A stretch of 64,000 bases of DNA. It comes from Eledone cirrhosa. Taxonomy: Eukaryota. Positions 31,228 to 46,093 of this stretch are shown in pieces. Numbering within the stretch: position 1 is the stretch's first letter; each line of letters opens with the position of its first letter. The translations under genes and the position numbers were made by a program. The stretch is taken from positions 321,718,001-321,782,000 of the forward strand of contig OZ024742.1 in NCBI GenBank assembly GCA_964016885.1. Direction: 5' to 3'. Below the pieces are notes generated by a model, which searched no databases, was not told the DNA's origin, and saw only the letters and a program-made list of their open reading frames with translations.

Positions 31228-34200
31228 AACTCATTAGATGTGTGTGTATGTAACTCAGTAGATGTGTGTGTATGTAACTCAGTAGAAGTGTATGTAACTC
31301 AGTAGAAGTGTATGTATGTAACTCATTAGATGTGTGTGTATGTAACTCAGTAGAGGTGTGTGTATGTAACTCAGTAGATGTGTGTGTATGTAACTCAGTC
31401 AAGGTGTGTGTATGTAACTCAGTCGAGGTGTGTGTATGTAACTCAGTAGAGGTGTGTGTATGTAACTCAGTAGATGTGTGTGTATGTAACTCAGAAGATG
31501 TGTGTGTATGTAACTCAGTAGAGGTGTGTGTATGTAACTCAGTCGAGGTGTGTGTATGTAACTCAGTAGAGGTGTGTGTATGTAACTCAGTAGATGTGTG
31601 TGTATGTAACTCAGTAGAGGTGTGTGTATGTAACTCAGTAGATGTGTGTGTATGTAACTCAGTAGAGGTGTGTGTATGTAACTCAGTAGAGGTGTGTGTA
31701 TGTAACTCAGTCGAGGTGTGTGTATGTAACTCAGTAGAGGTGTGTGTATGTAACTCAGTAGATGTGTGTGTATGTAACTCAGTAGAGGTGTGTATATGTA
31801 ACTCAGTAGAAGTGTGTGTATGTAACTCAGTAGAGGTGTGTGTATGTAACTCAGTAGAAGTGTGTGTATGTAATTCAGTAGATGTGTGTGTATGTAACTC
31901 AGTAGAGGTGTGTGTATGTAACTCAGTAGAGGTGTGTGTATGTAACTCAGTAGATGTGTGTGTGTAACTCAGTAGATGTGTGTGTAGGTAACTCAGTAGA
32001 AGTGTGTGTATGTAACTCAGTAGATGTGTATGTATGTAACTCAGTAGATGTGTGTGTATGTAACTCAGTAGAGGTGTATGTATGTAACTCAGTAGAGGTG
32101 TGTGTGTGTAACTCAGTAGAGGTGTGTGTATGTAACTCAGTAGAGGTGTGTGTATGTAACTCAGTAGATGTGTGTGTATGTAACTCAGTAGATGTGTGTG
32201 TATGTAACTCAGTCGAGGTGTGTGTATGTAACTCAGTAGAGGTGTGTGTATGTAACTCAGTCGAGGTGTGTGTATGTAACTCAGTAGAGGTGTGTGTATG
32301 TAACTCAGTAGATGTGTGTGTATGTAACTCAGTAGATGTGTGTGTATGTAACTCAGTAGATGTGTATGTATGTAACTCAGTAGAGGTGTGTGTATGTAAC
32401 TCAGTAGAGGTGTGTGTATGTAACTCAGTAGATGTGTGTATATGTAACTCAGTAGATGTGTGTGTATGTAACTCAGTCGAGGTGTGTGTATGTAACTCAG
32501 TAGAGGTGTGTGTATGTAACTCAGTCGAGGTGTGTGTATGTAACTCAGTAGAGGTGTGTGTATGTAACTCAGTAGATGTGTGTGTATGTAACTCAGTAGA
32601 GGTGTGTGTATGTAACTCAGTAGAGGTGTGTGTATGTAACTCAGTCGAGGTGTGTGTATGTAACTCAGTAGAGGTGTGTGTATGTAACTCAGTAGATGTG
32701 TGTGTATGTAACTCAGTCGAGGTGTGTGTATGTAACTCAGTAGATGTGTGTGTATGTAACTCAGTAGATGTGTGTGTATGTAACTCAGTAGAGGTGTGTG
32801 TATGTAACTCAGTAGAGGTGTGTGTATGTAACTCAGTCGATGTGTGTGTATGTAACTCAGTCGAGGTGTGTGTATGTAACTCAGTAGAGGTGTGTGTATG
32901 TAACTCAGTAGAGGTGTGTGTATGTAACTCAGAAGATGTGTGTGTATGTAACTCAGTAGAGGTGTGTGTATGTAACTCAGTCGAGGTGTGTGTATGTAAC
33001 TCAGTAGAGGTGTGTGTATGTAACTCAGTAGATGTGTGTGTATGTAACTCAGTAGAGGTGTGTGTATGTAACTCAGTAGATGTGTGTGTATGTAACTCAG
33101 TAGAGGTGTGTGTATGTAACTCAGTAGATGTGTGTGTATGTAACTCAGTAGAGGTGTGTGTATGTAACTCAGTAGAGGTGTGTGTATGTAACTCAGTCGA
33201 GGTGTGTGTATGTAACTCAGTAGAGGTGTGTGTATGTAACTCAGTAGATGTGTGTGTATGTAACTCAGTAGATGTGTGTATATGTAACTCAGTAGAAGTG
33301 TGTGTATGTAACTCAGTAGAAGTGTGTGTATGTAATTCAGTAGATGTGTGTGTATGTAACTGAGTAGAGGTGTGTGTATGTAACTCAGTAGAGGTGTGTG
33401 TATGTAACTCAGTAGATGTGTGTGTGTAACTCAGTAGATGTGTGTGTAGGTAACTCAGTAGAAGTGTGTGTATGTAACTCAGTAGATGTGTATGTATGTA
33501 ACTCAGTAGATGTGTGTGTATGTAACTCAGTAGAGGTGTATGTATGTAACTCAGTAGAGGTGTGTGTGTGTAACTCAGTAGAGGTGTGTGTATGTAACTC
33601 AGTAGAGGTGTGTGTATGTAACTCAGTAGATGTGTGTGTATGTAACTCAGTAGATGTGTGTGTATGTAACTCAGTCGAGGTGTGTGTATGTAACTCAGTA
33701 GAGGTGTGTGTATGTAACTCAGTCGAGGTGTGTGTATGTAACTCAGTAGAGGTGTGTGTATGTAACTCAGTAGATGTGTGTGTATGTAACTCAGTAGATG
33801 TGTGTGTATGTAACTCAGTAGATGTGTATGTATGTAACTCAGTAGAGGTGTGTGTATGTAACTCAGTAGAGGTGTGTGTATGTAACTCAGTAGATGTGTG
33901 TATATGTAACTCAGTAGATGTGTGTGTATGTAACTCAGTCGAGGTGTGTGTATGTAACTCAGTAGAGGTGTGTGTATGTAACTCAGTCGAGGTGTGTGTA
34001 TGTAACTCAGTAGAGGTGTGTGTATGTAACTCAGTAGATGTGTGTGTATGTAACTCAGTAGAGGTGTGTGTATGTAACTCAGTAGAGGTGTGTGTATGTA
34101 ACTCAGTCGAGGTGTGTGTATGTAACTCAGTAGAGGTGTGTGTATGTAACTCAGTAGATGTGTGTGTATGTAACTCAGTCGAGGTGTGTGTATGTAACTC

Positions 34201-35868
34201 AGTAGAGGTGTGTGTATGTAACTCAGTAGATGTGTGTGTATGTAACTCAGTAGATGTGTATGTATGTAACTCAGTAGATGTGTGTGTATGTAACTCAGTA
34301 GATGTGTGTGTATGTAACTCAGTAGAGGTGTGTGTATGTAACTCAGTAGATGTGTGTGTATGTAACTCAGTCGATGTGTGTGTATGTAACTCAGTCGAGG
34401 TGTGTGTATGTAACTCAGTAGAGGTGTGTGTATGTAACTCAGTAGAGGTGTGTGTATGTAACTCAGTAGAGGTGTGTGTATGTAACTCAGTAGAGGTGTG
34501 TGTATGTAACTCAGTAGATGTGTGTGTATGTAACTCAGTAGAAGTGTGTGTATGTAACTCAGTAGATGTGTATGTATGTAACTCAGTAGATGTGTGTATG
34601 TAACTCAGTAGAGGTGTGTGTATGTAACTCAGTAGAGGTGTGTGTATGTAACTCAGTAGAGGTGTGTGTATGTAAGTCAGTAGAGGTGTGTGTATGTAAC
34701 TCAGTAGATGTGTGTGTATGTAACTCAGTAGAGGTGTGTGTATGTAACTCAGTAGAGGTGTGTGTATGTAACTCAGTAGAGGTGTGTGTATGTAACTCAA
34801 TAGAGGTGTGTGTATGTAACTCAGTAGAGGTGTGTGTATGTAACTCAGTAGACGTGTATGTATGTAACTCAGTAGAGGTGTGTGTATGTAACTCAGTAGA
34901 GGTGTGTGTATGTAACTCAGTAGATGTGTGTGTATGTAACTCATTAGATGTGTGTGTATGTAAATTAGTAGAGGTGTGTGTATGTAACTCAATAGAGGTG
35001 TGTGTATGTAACTCCGTAGAGGTGTGTGTATGTAACTCAGTAGATGTGTATGTATGTAACTCAGTAGAGGTGTGTGTATGTAACTCAGTAGATGTGTGTG
35101 TATGTAACTCATTAGATGTGTGTGTATGTAACTCAGTAGAGGTGTGTGTATGTAACTCAGTAGATGTGTATGTATGTAACTCAGTAGAGGTGTGTGTATG
35201 TAACTCAGTAGATGTGTGTGTATGTAACTCAGTAGATGTGTGTGTATGTAACTCAGTAGATGTGTGTGTATGTAACTCAGTAGAGGTGTGTGTATGTAAC
35301 TCAGTAGATGTGTATGTATGTAACTCAGTAGAGGTGTGTGTATGTAACTCAGTAGAGGTGTGTGTATGTAACTCAGTAGATGTGTGTGTATGTAACTCAG
35401 TAGATGTGTGTGTATGTAACTCAGTAGATGTGTGTGTATGTAACTCAGTAGATGTGTGTGTATGTAACTCAGTAGAGGTGTGTGTATGTAACTCAGTAGA
35501 GGTGTGTGTATGTAACTCAGTAGAGGTGTGTGTATGTAACTCAGTAGAGGTGTGTGTGTGTAACTCAGTAGAGTAGAAGTGTGTGTATGTAATTCAGTAG
35601 ATGTGTGTGTGTGTAACTCAGTAGAGTAGATGTGTATATATGTAACTCAGTAGATGTGTGTATGTAACTCAGTAGAGGTGTGTGTATGTAACTCAGTAGA
35701 AGTGTGTGTATGTAACTCAGTCGAGGTGTGTGTATGAAACTCAGTAGATGTGTGTGTATGTAACTCAGTAGAGGTGTGTGTATGTAACTCAGTAGAGGTG
35801 TGTGTATGTAACTCAGTAGATGTGTGTGTGTGTAACTCAGTAGAGTAGAGGTGTGTGTATGTAACTAA
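31228..35868. repeat. 24-bp minisatellite (TGTAACTCAGTAGAGGTGTGTGTA)n, about 4.6 kb
   Basis: Seen directly. A higher-order duplication with period about 1462 bp is marked by the variant GTAGGTAAC at about 31984 and 33446. Confidence 0.97.
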
Positions 35869-36409
35869 AGCATAACGTACGTTACGAATGGACGAAACAC
35901 AAGCAGAATTATAAGATGATGAGTAAATGATTTAACTTGTTTTTTAACAATTGATGGTGGGCACGATTTTAAATTGTCTAAACAGTTGCCTTAACTCGGG
36001 CGGCATCTCATGGTGTCTGACACTCTTACTGGCTAAATAGCCTGGGAGCCTATTTTACCGGGACCGGCTACAGAGCCACCTCTTATAGTATACTGTACCA
36101 GTGAAGAACTGCTGGCGATATAATTGACTCCCCACTCACAAATTCCTGGTCTTGTACTTAAATTAGAAATCCTTATTAATTCTCTTTTGTTATTTCCTAT
36201 TTCTCATCTCACTATTTCACCTAAACAAAAGTGGAAGATTATTGAAGGACGATTAAACAAAGATGGCGAGTTACAGGGCCGCACTAAATCTTGCCAGCAA
36301 AGACACAAGGAAATGGAAAGATCTATCAATGAGTGGATTTGCTCAGTTGGCAAACATTTTGAAGAAGCGAATCGTTTTTACAAAAAGCCATATATGTATG
36401 CATACATGA

Positions 36410-37140
36410 AGGTATGCATGTGGCAAGTCTTCTGGTATGGACGGTCTGAATGCAGAGGTTTTGAAGTGCGGTGGTGAAAATTTCACGCAGCGCCTGACTG
36501 ACCTCATGAAAAAGGTGTGGGAAGATGAGTGTCCCACAAGATTGGAAGGATGCACTCATGGTGATTCTCCATAAAGGAAAGGGTTGGAAAGACAAACCAA
36601 AAATGTTGTACCGGGACTGTGTCAGGAGCACCTTCGCTTGTACTGGAATTTCATCTGACGAATGGGGAAAATGGCTAAGGAGCGTGTGAAATGGAGACGT
36701 TTGATCAAGTCAGGTATGGAACACTGAAACTCGTCGAAGGGAACACCTAACACTGAAAAGGAAGGTGAGGAAAAGGGTCTGTACTGAATTGCCTGCTGTC
36801 GAACAACATCTGGTTTGCCAGCACTGTGGTCGAGTCTGCCTGAGCAAAGCTGGTTTGATTAAACATTAACAAAGTCATATCAGTAGACCTCATGTAAATT
36901 ATGATATGAAAAGGTGTAAGGTATGTGGCAAGGAATGCGCTAGTATAGGAGGCCTTAAAAAACATGAGAACATACAGTCAGAACAAAGCGATGGAAAGTC
37001 CCAGAGGAGACTTCAGTTGCCATGTGTGTGCCAGAGGGTGCAAGTCTTTGGCTGGTTTGAAGAGTCACATTCGTGCCTCACATTTGTTAGCATTTTATTA
37101 GGAGATGGTAATGCTCGAACATGAGTTTACAAGCATCATG
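36410..37140 (+). pseudogene. Internally deleted RTE-clade LINE: pre-RT region joined to a C-terminus with C2H2 zinc fingers and a (TATG)n tail
   Basis: GKSSGMDGLNAEVLKCGG...PQDWKDALMVILHKGKG, then PKMLYRDCV...WRRLI, CQHCGRVCLSKAGLIKH, CKVCGKECASIGGLKKH and CHVCARGCKSLAGLKSH. Confidence 0.8.
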
Positions 37141-37220
37141 TATGTATGTATGTATGTATGTATGTATGTATGTATGTATGTATGTATGTATGTATGTATG
37201 TACGTATGTATGTATGTATG

Positions 37221-37478
37221 TCAGGTCACCAGTTGGTGCTACTGGTAACATGTATCCCAGTACAACCTGTCCCATGGTCGGGTCGTTGGCGACTAAACTG
37301 GCAACCCCACGAAGGTTTCTTGGTGAGGAGGGTGACTTTGGACATCCTGCAGGACTAAAAACAAAACCTGTCAAAGGGCAAAGGAGCTCTTAAGAGTCAA
37401 TGGCCATCCAAAATCACCGGGAGAGATGACCCCTTAGCCTTTGTCAAGGCAGAATTCTAGAAGGAAAACTCTGACATA
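37221..37478 (+). mobile_element. RTE-type 5' region, truncated copy of the element at 38928
   Basis: Near-identical to 38928-39190 and contains the RTE-like CTAG(GAG)AAGGAAAACTCTGA motif. Flanked by (TATG)n. Confidence 0.7.
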
Positions 37479-37937
37479 ATGTATGTATGTATGTATGTAT
37501 GTATGTATGTATGTATGTATGTATGTATGTATGTATGTACGTACGTACGTATGTATGTATGTATGTATGTACATACGTATGTATGTATGTATGTATGTAT
37601 GTATGTATGTATGTATGTATGTATGTATGTATGTATGTATGCATGTATGTGTGTGTGTATGTATGTATTTATGTATGTATGTATGTATGTATGTATGTAT
37701 CTATGTATGTAGTATCTATGCATGTATGTATGTGTGTATGTATGTAAATATGTATGTATGTATGCATTTATGTACGTATGCATTTATGTATGTGTCTCTA
37801 TGTCTGTATGGATGGATGTATGTATGTATGTTGCATGTGTGTATATACATGTATGCTTGCAGACATGCATATACGTATGAATATATTTATGTATGTATCT
37901 ATGCATATATGTATGCATACATGTATGTATGCATGTA

Positions 37938-38831
37938 CGAGGTGTGTCAGAAAAGTTCCAGGACTGATGTCACAAAAGATTTATTTCACACCCAAACTTC
38001 ACACTAAGAGTTTTCTCCTTCAAAGTAACCCCCCGGGAGTATGTAACTGTAATCTTAACTCTCTGAGCGATCAAACTTTTTTCTTCATAATTTTTCTATA
38101 CATGTCTCTGTTTCAGGTCGTCAAGCAATGAGCACAGAGCAACGAACAAACTTGAAAACTCCGTCGGAAGCACTGGGATTGCTGCAGCAAGTGTATGGAG
38201 ATGAGACGATGTCACGCTCACGAGTTTTTGAGTGGTGCAAGAGGTTTAAAGAAGGACGTGAGGACGTGGAAGATGACTCCAGGAGCGAAAGGCCCTCAAC
38301 AACCAGGACTGAGGTCAACGTTGAGCGCGTCAGGCAGATGGTGCGTAGCGATCGCTGGCTAACTGTTCGACTGATGGCAAATGAGCTGGGCATGAATCGG
38401 AACAGCGTCTGGAACATTCTCACTGAAGATTTGCTCATGCGGAAAGTATGCGCGAAGATGGTGCCAAAACTGCTGAACGATGACCAGAAGGGTCGACGCA
38501 TGCAATTGTTCCAGGACATCCTCGAGCGTTTGAAACCGAACCAGACTTGCTATGGACAGTCACCACCGGTGATGAGTCATGGATCTTCGAGCACGACCCG
38601 GAGGTGACCCATTTTGAAGACGTGGACGACATCAAAAAGGCCGTGACGATGGAACTGCGGAGGATCCTGGAAGAATCCTTCCAGGAGTGCATGCAAGCGT
38701 GGCAGAAAAGGATGGAAAAGTGCATTAGACTCCAGGGGGATTACTTTGAAGGAGAAAACTCTTAATGTGAAGTTTGGGTTTGAAATAAATCTTTTGTGAC
38801 ATCAGTCCTGGAACTTTTCTGACACACCTCG
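37938..38831 (+). mobile_element. Internally deleted mariner (Tc1/mariner) transposon with roughly 103-bp TIRs and TA target duplication
   Basis: TA|CGAGGTGTGTCAGAAAAGTTCC...GGAACTTTTCTGACACACCTCG|TA. Transposase remnants include the HTH (VFEWCKRFKEGREDVEDD), KMVPKLL, TGDESWIFEHDPE and GDYFEG. The second and third catalytic Asp region is deleted and there is a frameshift. Confidence 0.95.
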
Positions 38832-38852
38832 TATGTATGTACGTATGTATGC

Positions 38853-38885
<33 letters not shown>

Positions 38886-38927
38886 TGTATGTATGTATGT
38901 ATGTATGTATGTATGTATGTATGTATG

Positions 38928-39534
38928 TCAGGTCACCAGTTGGTGCTACTGGTAACATGTATCCCAGTACAACCTGTCTCATGGTCGGGTCGTTGGCGAC
39001 TAAACTGGCAACCCCACCAAGGTTTCTTGGTGAGGAGGGTGACTTTAGACATCCTGCAGGACTAAAAACAAAACCTGTCAAAGGGCAAGGGAGCTCTTAA
39101 GACTCAATAGCCATCCAAAATCACCGGGAGAGATGACCCCTTAGCCTTTGTCAAGGCAGAATTCTAGGAGAAGGAAAACTCTGATATAATACCTGCAACC
39201 CTGATGGTATCCAATGATGTTGACTTGTTCTTCTTTTTGGTAAATATCATCTTGGTTAAGAGAGTGGGACTGGCTTTGTGCAGTGCCTTTGCTCACTATA
39301 AAAGCTTCACAGCACAGGCATTGCTTTATATCTGGAGATCTCTCTGCACTTGCCGTCACATGGTACCATGGGCCCAGCACTATGTGTCAATAATTGTCAC
39401 AAGTGTAGTGTTTGTACCAGAGTTTTCAAGTCGCTGGCTGGACTAAAAAGTCACATTCGTTCAGCGCATCGGTAGGGGTTCTCCTACATGGATATAAAGT
39501 AGTGGCCGTACTCGAAAACGAGTTGGCAGCCACC
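38928..39534 (+). mobile_element. Non-autonomous RTE derivative: 5' region fused to the extreme 3' end
   Basis: The RTE-like 5' part is followed by CSVCTRVFKSLAGLKSHIRSAHR*, a hairpin CTCGAAAACGAG and a (TATG)n tail resembling 37020-37140. Confidence 0.75.
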
Positions 39535-39795
39535 ATGTATGTATGTATGTATGTACGTATAAATGTGTGGCATGAGCTATCATAATACGATCTGTTGTTC
39601 TAGGAAGTCTATTTGAGATCAAAGTTAATATTTTACTATGGAATACAATATTTGAAATGTTTAGTTAAGTACTTTATGTATGGTTTCACCCTTCGCTTTA
39701 AAGCCATGTATCGTTATCTGTAATAAATGAGCGGACGTGAATTCGGACGACATATGTAAACTAGTATGTGCGTGCGTCTGTGTGTGTCTATCTCC

Positions 39796-40144
39796 CCCCT
39801 ACCGATGCGCTGAACGAGTGTGACTTTTTAGTCCAGCCAGCGACTTGAAAACTCTGGTACAAACACTACACCTGTGACAATTATTGACACATAGTGCTTA
39901 GCCCATGGTTCCATGTGACGACAAGTTCAGAGAGATCTCCAGATATAAAGCAATGCCTGTGCCGTGAAGCTTTTATAATGAGCAAAGGCACTGCACAAAG
40001 CCAGTCCCACTCTCTTAACCAAGATGATATTTACCAAAAAGAAGAACAAGTCAACATCATTGGATACCATCAGGGTTGCAGGTGTTATATCAGAGTTTTC
40101 CTTCTCCTAGAATTCTGCCTTGACAAAGGCTAAGGGGTCATCTC
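39796..40144 (-). mobile_element. Inverted partial copy of the non-autonomous RTE derivative
   Basis: Reverse complement of 39130-39478 with scattered substitutions. Confidence 0.85.
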
Positions 40145-42240
<2,096 letters not shown>

Positions 42241-42244
42241 TTAT

Positions 42245-42760
42245 CTCTTTCTCTTAATTTCGAGTATTTTTTTTTTTTGACCGGCCACCTTCCTGGTGGC
42301 AAGGTTGTAAAAGAAAAGAAATTGTCATCCCTTGAATCGCAAGAATGTTTTGCAAATTTTGAAGGTGCCAGCTATCGCAGTCATTTGTAGACTACGAATT
42401 AGGGAGCTGCGCTCTTTGTCCGCAAATACAAGTTCAGTCATACTTTGGTCCAAGCGGGTTGGTATATAACCCGTAGCTCCAATAATGATGGGTATGAAGC
42501 TAAAGGTGTATCTTGGATACTGGATTTGTAAACTCCTTATCAATGGTCCGTAGATGTCCTCCTTCTCCTGTATTTTTCTGACAACGTTTACATCAAGTGG
42601 GCAGCTGATCTCCACAACAGAACACGTTTTCAATGTGTGGTCCCAAACAACAATATCAGGCCGGTTGTGCTTTAATTTGGTGGCAGTTTTTATTTTCAGG
42701 TTCCACCACTATTCCTTAGTGCCATCTGTCTCAATATATTCTTCCTCGTTTGTTGTTAAT
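42245..42760 (-). mobile_element. 3' end of a second RLE-type (R4-like) non-LTR retrotransposon
   Basis: WWNLKIKTATKLKHNRPDIVVWD...VVEISCPLD...EKEDIYGPL...IPIIIGATG, then a 3'UTR hairpin GCCACCAGGAAGGTGGC and an A-rich tail. Confidence 0.8.
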
Positions 42761-42824
42761 TTTGTTTTCCGAAGTGCTATATGTATAGAGGTATGTATGT
42801 ATGTACGTATGTACGTACACAGTT

Positions 42825-43000
42825 AGCTTATTGAGAATGAAAGACCTTTGCTGGTCCTTCTTAGGACATCATTTTAGAAGGAAAACTGAACTGAAACCTG
42901 CCACTAGATGGCAGCCAATTATGTTGACCTTTTCTTCTTTTTCGATCACTGTTACCCTTGTTCAGATAGTGGGATTTGGTCCAGTGCAAAGCCTTTCTTC
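42825..43000 (+). mobile_element. Diverged relative of the RTE 5' region
   Basis: TAGAAGGAAAACTGAA...ATGTTGACCTTTTCTTCTTTTT...AGTGGGATTTGG aligns by eye with 39165-39290. Confidence 0.55.
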
Positions 43001-43407
43001 CCTTTAAAAAAGTTGTATCAAGTATGTGTCTGTATGGATGTAAGCCTGTATAGAAACGCAACCCTGTCCAAGTTTAACTTTTTCTTTTATTACGTATTGA
43101 AATATAAAGTTATTCGTCCGTTATACTTAGTTTGGAACAATCTATTAGTCTTTAGAAAATATGAGATCTTCTTAGCTTCATCCTCAACAGAAAATGATGG
43201 TAGAAATAATCTGATGCTTGCCCACTTTGCAGTTGGCCGCAAAGTTCATAGCAATATTGGTAGAATCTTCAAGGCCGGATTTTTTTAAATTATGAAACTG
43301 TTCAATCCTCGTATTGAATTTCACATATGGTGTATCTGTGCATTGACTTTTTTGTTTGAATTTCGCTACTTGTCACATTTCTCATTTATTATTTCTGTGT
43401 GCATTGA

Positions 43408-43622
43408 GGTGGTGGATTGGCAGTATCGGTAGAGCGTCAGACAACATGATTTGCGGCAAAGAGTTACGGCCCTTTACGTTCTGAGTTCAAATCCCGCCGA
43501 AGTTAGATTTGTCTTTCATGCGAGATAAATAAATAAAGCACCAGTAATACACTGGGATCGATTTAATCGACTCACCCCACCCCTTCAAATTGCTGACCTT
43601 GTGCCTAAAGTGGAAACAATTA
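43408..43622 (+). mobile_element. tRNA-derived SINE
   Basis: Boxes A and B are present, with a near target duplication ATTATTT(C/G)TGTGTGC. Confidence 0.8.
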
Positions 43623-43809
43623 TTTGTGTGTGCCTGGAATGAATTCTATCAAAATGTTACAGCGTATACACAAGTAGGACCATGCATTTACAAGGAACCG
43701 TCGCATGTAAAGGGCTCGCAACATTTGATTGTGACGTAGGGGTGTGTCTTGGACATTTTAAAATCATTTCTCTCCTTGTCGGAACACAGCGGATATTTGA
43801 AAGAAGGAG

Positions 43810-43950
43810 AGAAATCGATTTTAACACTGAACCGGTACTTTATTTATCGATCTTAAACGGATGAAAGACAAAGTTGACCTCAATGAGATTTGAACACAGA
43901 GCAGCCAGACGGAACAAATACCGAGGCAGTGACTTTACGAATCCGCCGCC
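43810..43950 (-). mobile_element. Older SINE copy, reverse orientation
   Basis: GGTACTTTATTTATCGA...GGATGAAAGACAAAGTTGACCTC...GATTTGAAC. Confidence 0.65.
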
Positions 43951-44063
43951 ATGCAATAAATAAAATTAGTTTGAAATCTACATAGAAGGTATTCTGTTAA
44001 GAAAGGAAAGAAATTGTAGTTTAAGTAAGAAACTAAATAGAGATTGTGGTATACGTTAATAAA

Positions 44064-44106
<43 letters not shown>

Positions 44107-44270
44107 AAAGTCAGGACCCCGACGGCTGGGCTCCGGCCGTTTCGACAGCTGGATCCGTTCATATCCGTTCATTCGACACGTAGCCTCTTTTCCTATTACC
44201 CACTCTACTAACCTAAGTATCGAGTACTCTGGTGCGTTATGGTCCACCTGGTATCTTACCACACTTTCTT

Positions 44271-44351
<81 letters not shown>

Positions 44352-44354
<3 letters not shown>

Positions 44355-44832
44355 TAAATTTCTTTAAGTCGTTTGGAAGCCTCGACAATGCAGATGGGTA
44401 AATCTCAGGGTAACAAGATCCGGTGGTGGAGAGAGAGATATAAGTGGGTGTACGTTGAGATGCGTGGCGTGTATAAGACTGTAACGTGTAGAGGAATGAA
44501 GCAAAGAGCGTAAAGGATAAAAATTAAAAATAACAACACGAGAAAGAGTTACCTTGGGAGAGATTTAATTGTCCCTTTATATTTCGGATTCACATCCATC
44601 AACTGGGTTTTTTTTTCGTGTGGTGGTGGGGAGTGGGGGGGGTTGTCTGTCGGAAAGGTGCGAAACGCGTCCTCCGCTGTTCGTTGTTTTGAATATCTGA
44701 GGTATTCAGCAGAGCGCGCGTGCGCGTGAAATGGGGTCGGTCAGGCAGAGGTCAGCGGCCGAAGTAGTTCTTTCAATTGTGGGAGTGGGGTGGCGCTAGT
44801 TGTCAGTCCATTCTCTGCCTATTTGGTGAATG

Positions 44833-44869
<37 letters not shown>

Positions 44870-45130
44870 GTTGTTGCCTTGTTCCTCTGTATTGGCAGTG
44901 TAGTATGTTCGTATGGTGGAATGCTACTGTGTGTGTGTGTGCGTGTGTTGCTGTCTCGCTTGTGTGTGTGTGTGTGTGTTGCTGCATCGTTTGTTAACTT
45001 AAACCAACCACCTCATTTCGCTTCTCTCGGATCGGTTGTTTAATTGTGGCCCTAGGCGTTTGATCCAAAGTGCTTCCTTGATACGTAACGTGCCGACGTT
45101 TCTTTCTGTCGCTAGAATTTATATTTACAA
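44352..45130 (-). mobile_element. Penelope-like element extreme 3' end plus pseudo-LTR
   Basis: The minus strand reads ILATERNVGTLRIKEALWIKRLGPQLNNRSE (GIY-YIG C-terminal E..I..P.LN). A degenerate hammerhead-like GGAT-gtga-ATCC-GAAA-tata motif lies near 44575-44605. Confidence 0.65.
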
Positions 45131-45192
45131 GGTGCATTTTATTTTATCTTTTTCCTTATATATATATATACACACAACACACACACACGCAC

Positions 45193-45331
<139 letters not shown>

Positions 45332-45539
45332 AGATGTGAGAAAAACCACAGACCCTCCATCTCAACTCACCTTTTGAAAAGCAGAAGAACTGCGAAACCG
45401 GTAAAGGAACCAAATAAATATATATATTTAAAAAAAAAATAAGACTCCAGTTGCATTTTCGATTTCATCTCTTTTTCTTTATACTTTCACTCGTGTAGGA
45501 CACCTCGGTTATTTTTCATTTTGTAAAAAAAAACCTCAC

Positions 45540-45631
<92 letters not shown>

Positions 45632-45717
45632 TTCATGTATATATATCATCCACACAGCAGACATACATGGACAGACACATATTCGAATATAATATGTGTC
45701 TTTGCACATATAAGCTC

Positions 45718-45809
45718 GCACATCTGACGAGATGTCGAAAAAGAATCGGACCCCGCCGTCACCTTGATTGTATCCTGAGCTGATCGATATCGAAACGACT
45801 GTAATATGC
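45718..45809 (+). ncRNA. Hammerhead ribozyme motif with an enlarged stem II
   Basis: GCACAT-CTGACGA-GATGTCGA-[about 45 nt]-TCGATATC-GAAA-CgactG-TA-ATATGC. Confidence 0.65.
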
Positions 45810-46013
45810 AAAGAAAGTTGGAACATATGCTGTATCCATACAATGATCATGTCTCGAGCTATCTGCCGGCGAAACAATTGTAACACGCAATAAACTGAGT
45901 CTAGATGCATCACTTATTTTTCGTTTTTTTAATATTATATCACACTCTGCTCTGTAAGAACATAGAGTGCTCAACTGGCATACCGCCTATGGAAGCACCA
46001 TAGCTACCATTAA

Positions 46014-46093
<80 letters not shown>

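Noticed and set aside
31308-35576. Cys-rich ORFs (VCNSVEVC)n of up to 567 aa
   Set aside because: A stop-free 24-bp minisatellite with frame-breaking unit deletions, not a metallothionein-like gene.
31228-35868. CRISPR-like array (also considered for 48330-49150 and 56327-58784)
   Set aside because: There are no unique spacers and no cas genes, and the context is eukaryotic.
36820-37085. Host C2H2 zinc-finger gene
   Set aside because: The fingers are contiguous with RTE ORF remnants and a (TATG)n tail, and are broken by stops and shifts.
43080-43290. Possible decayed Tx1 ORF1 fragment on the minus strand (KWASIRLF...EDEAKKIS...YNGR)
   Set aside because: The similarity is too weak to support without a search.
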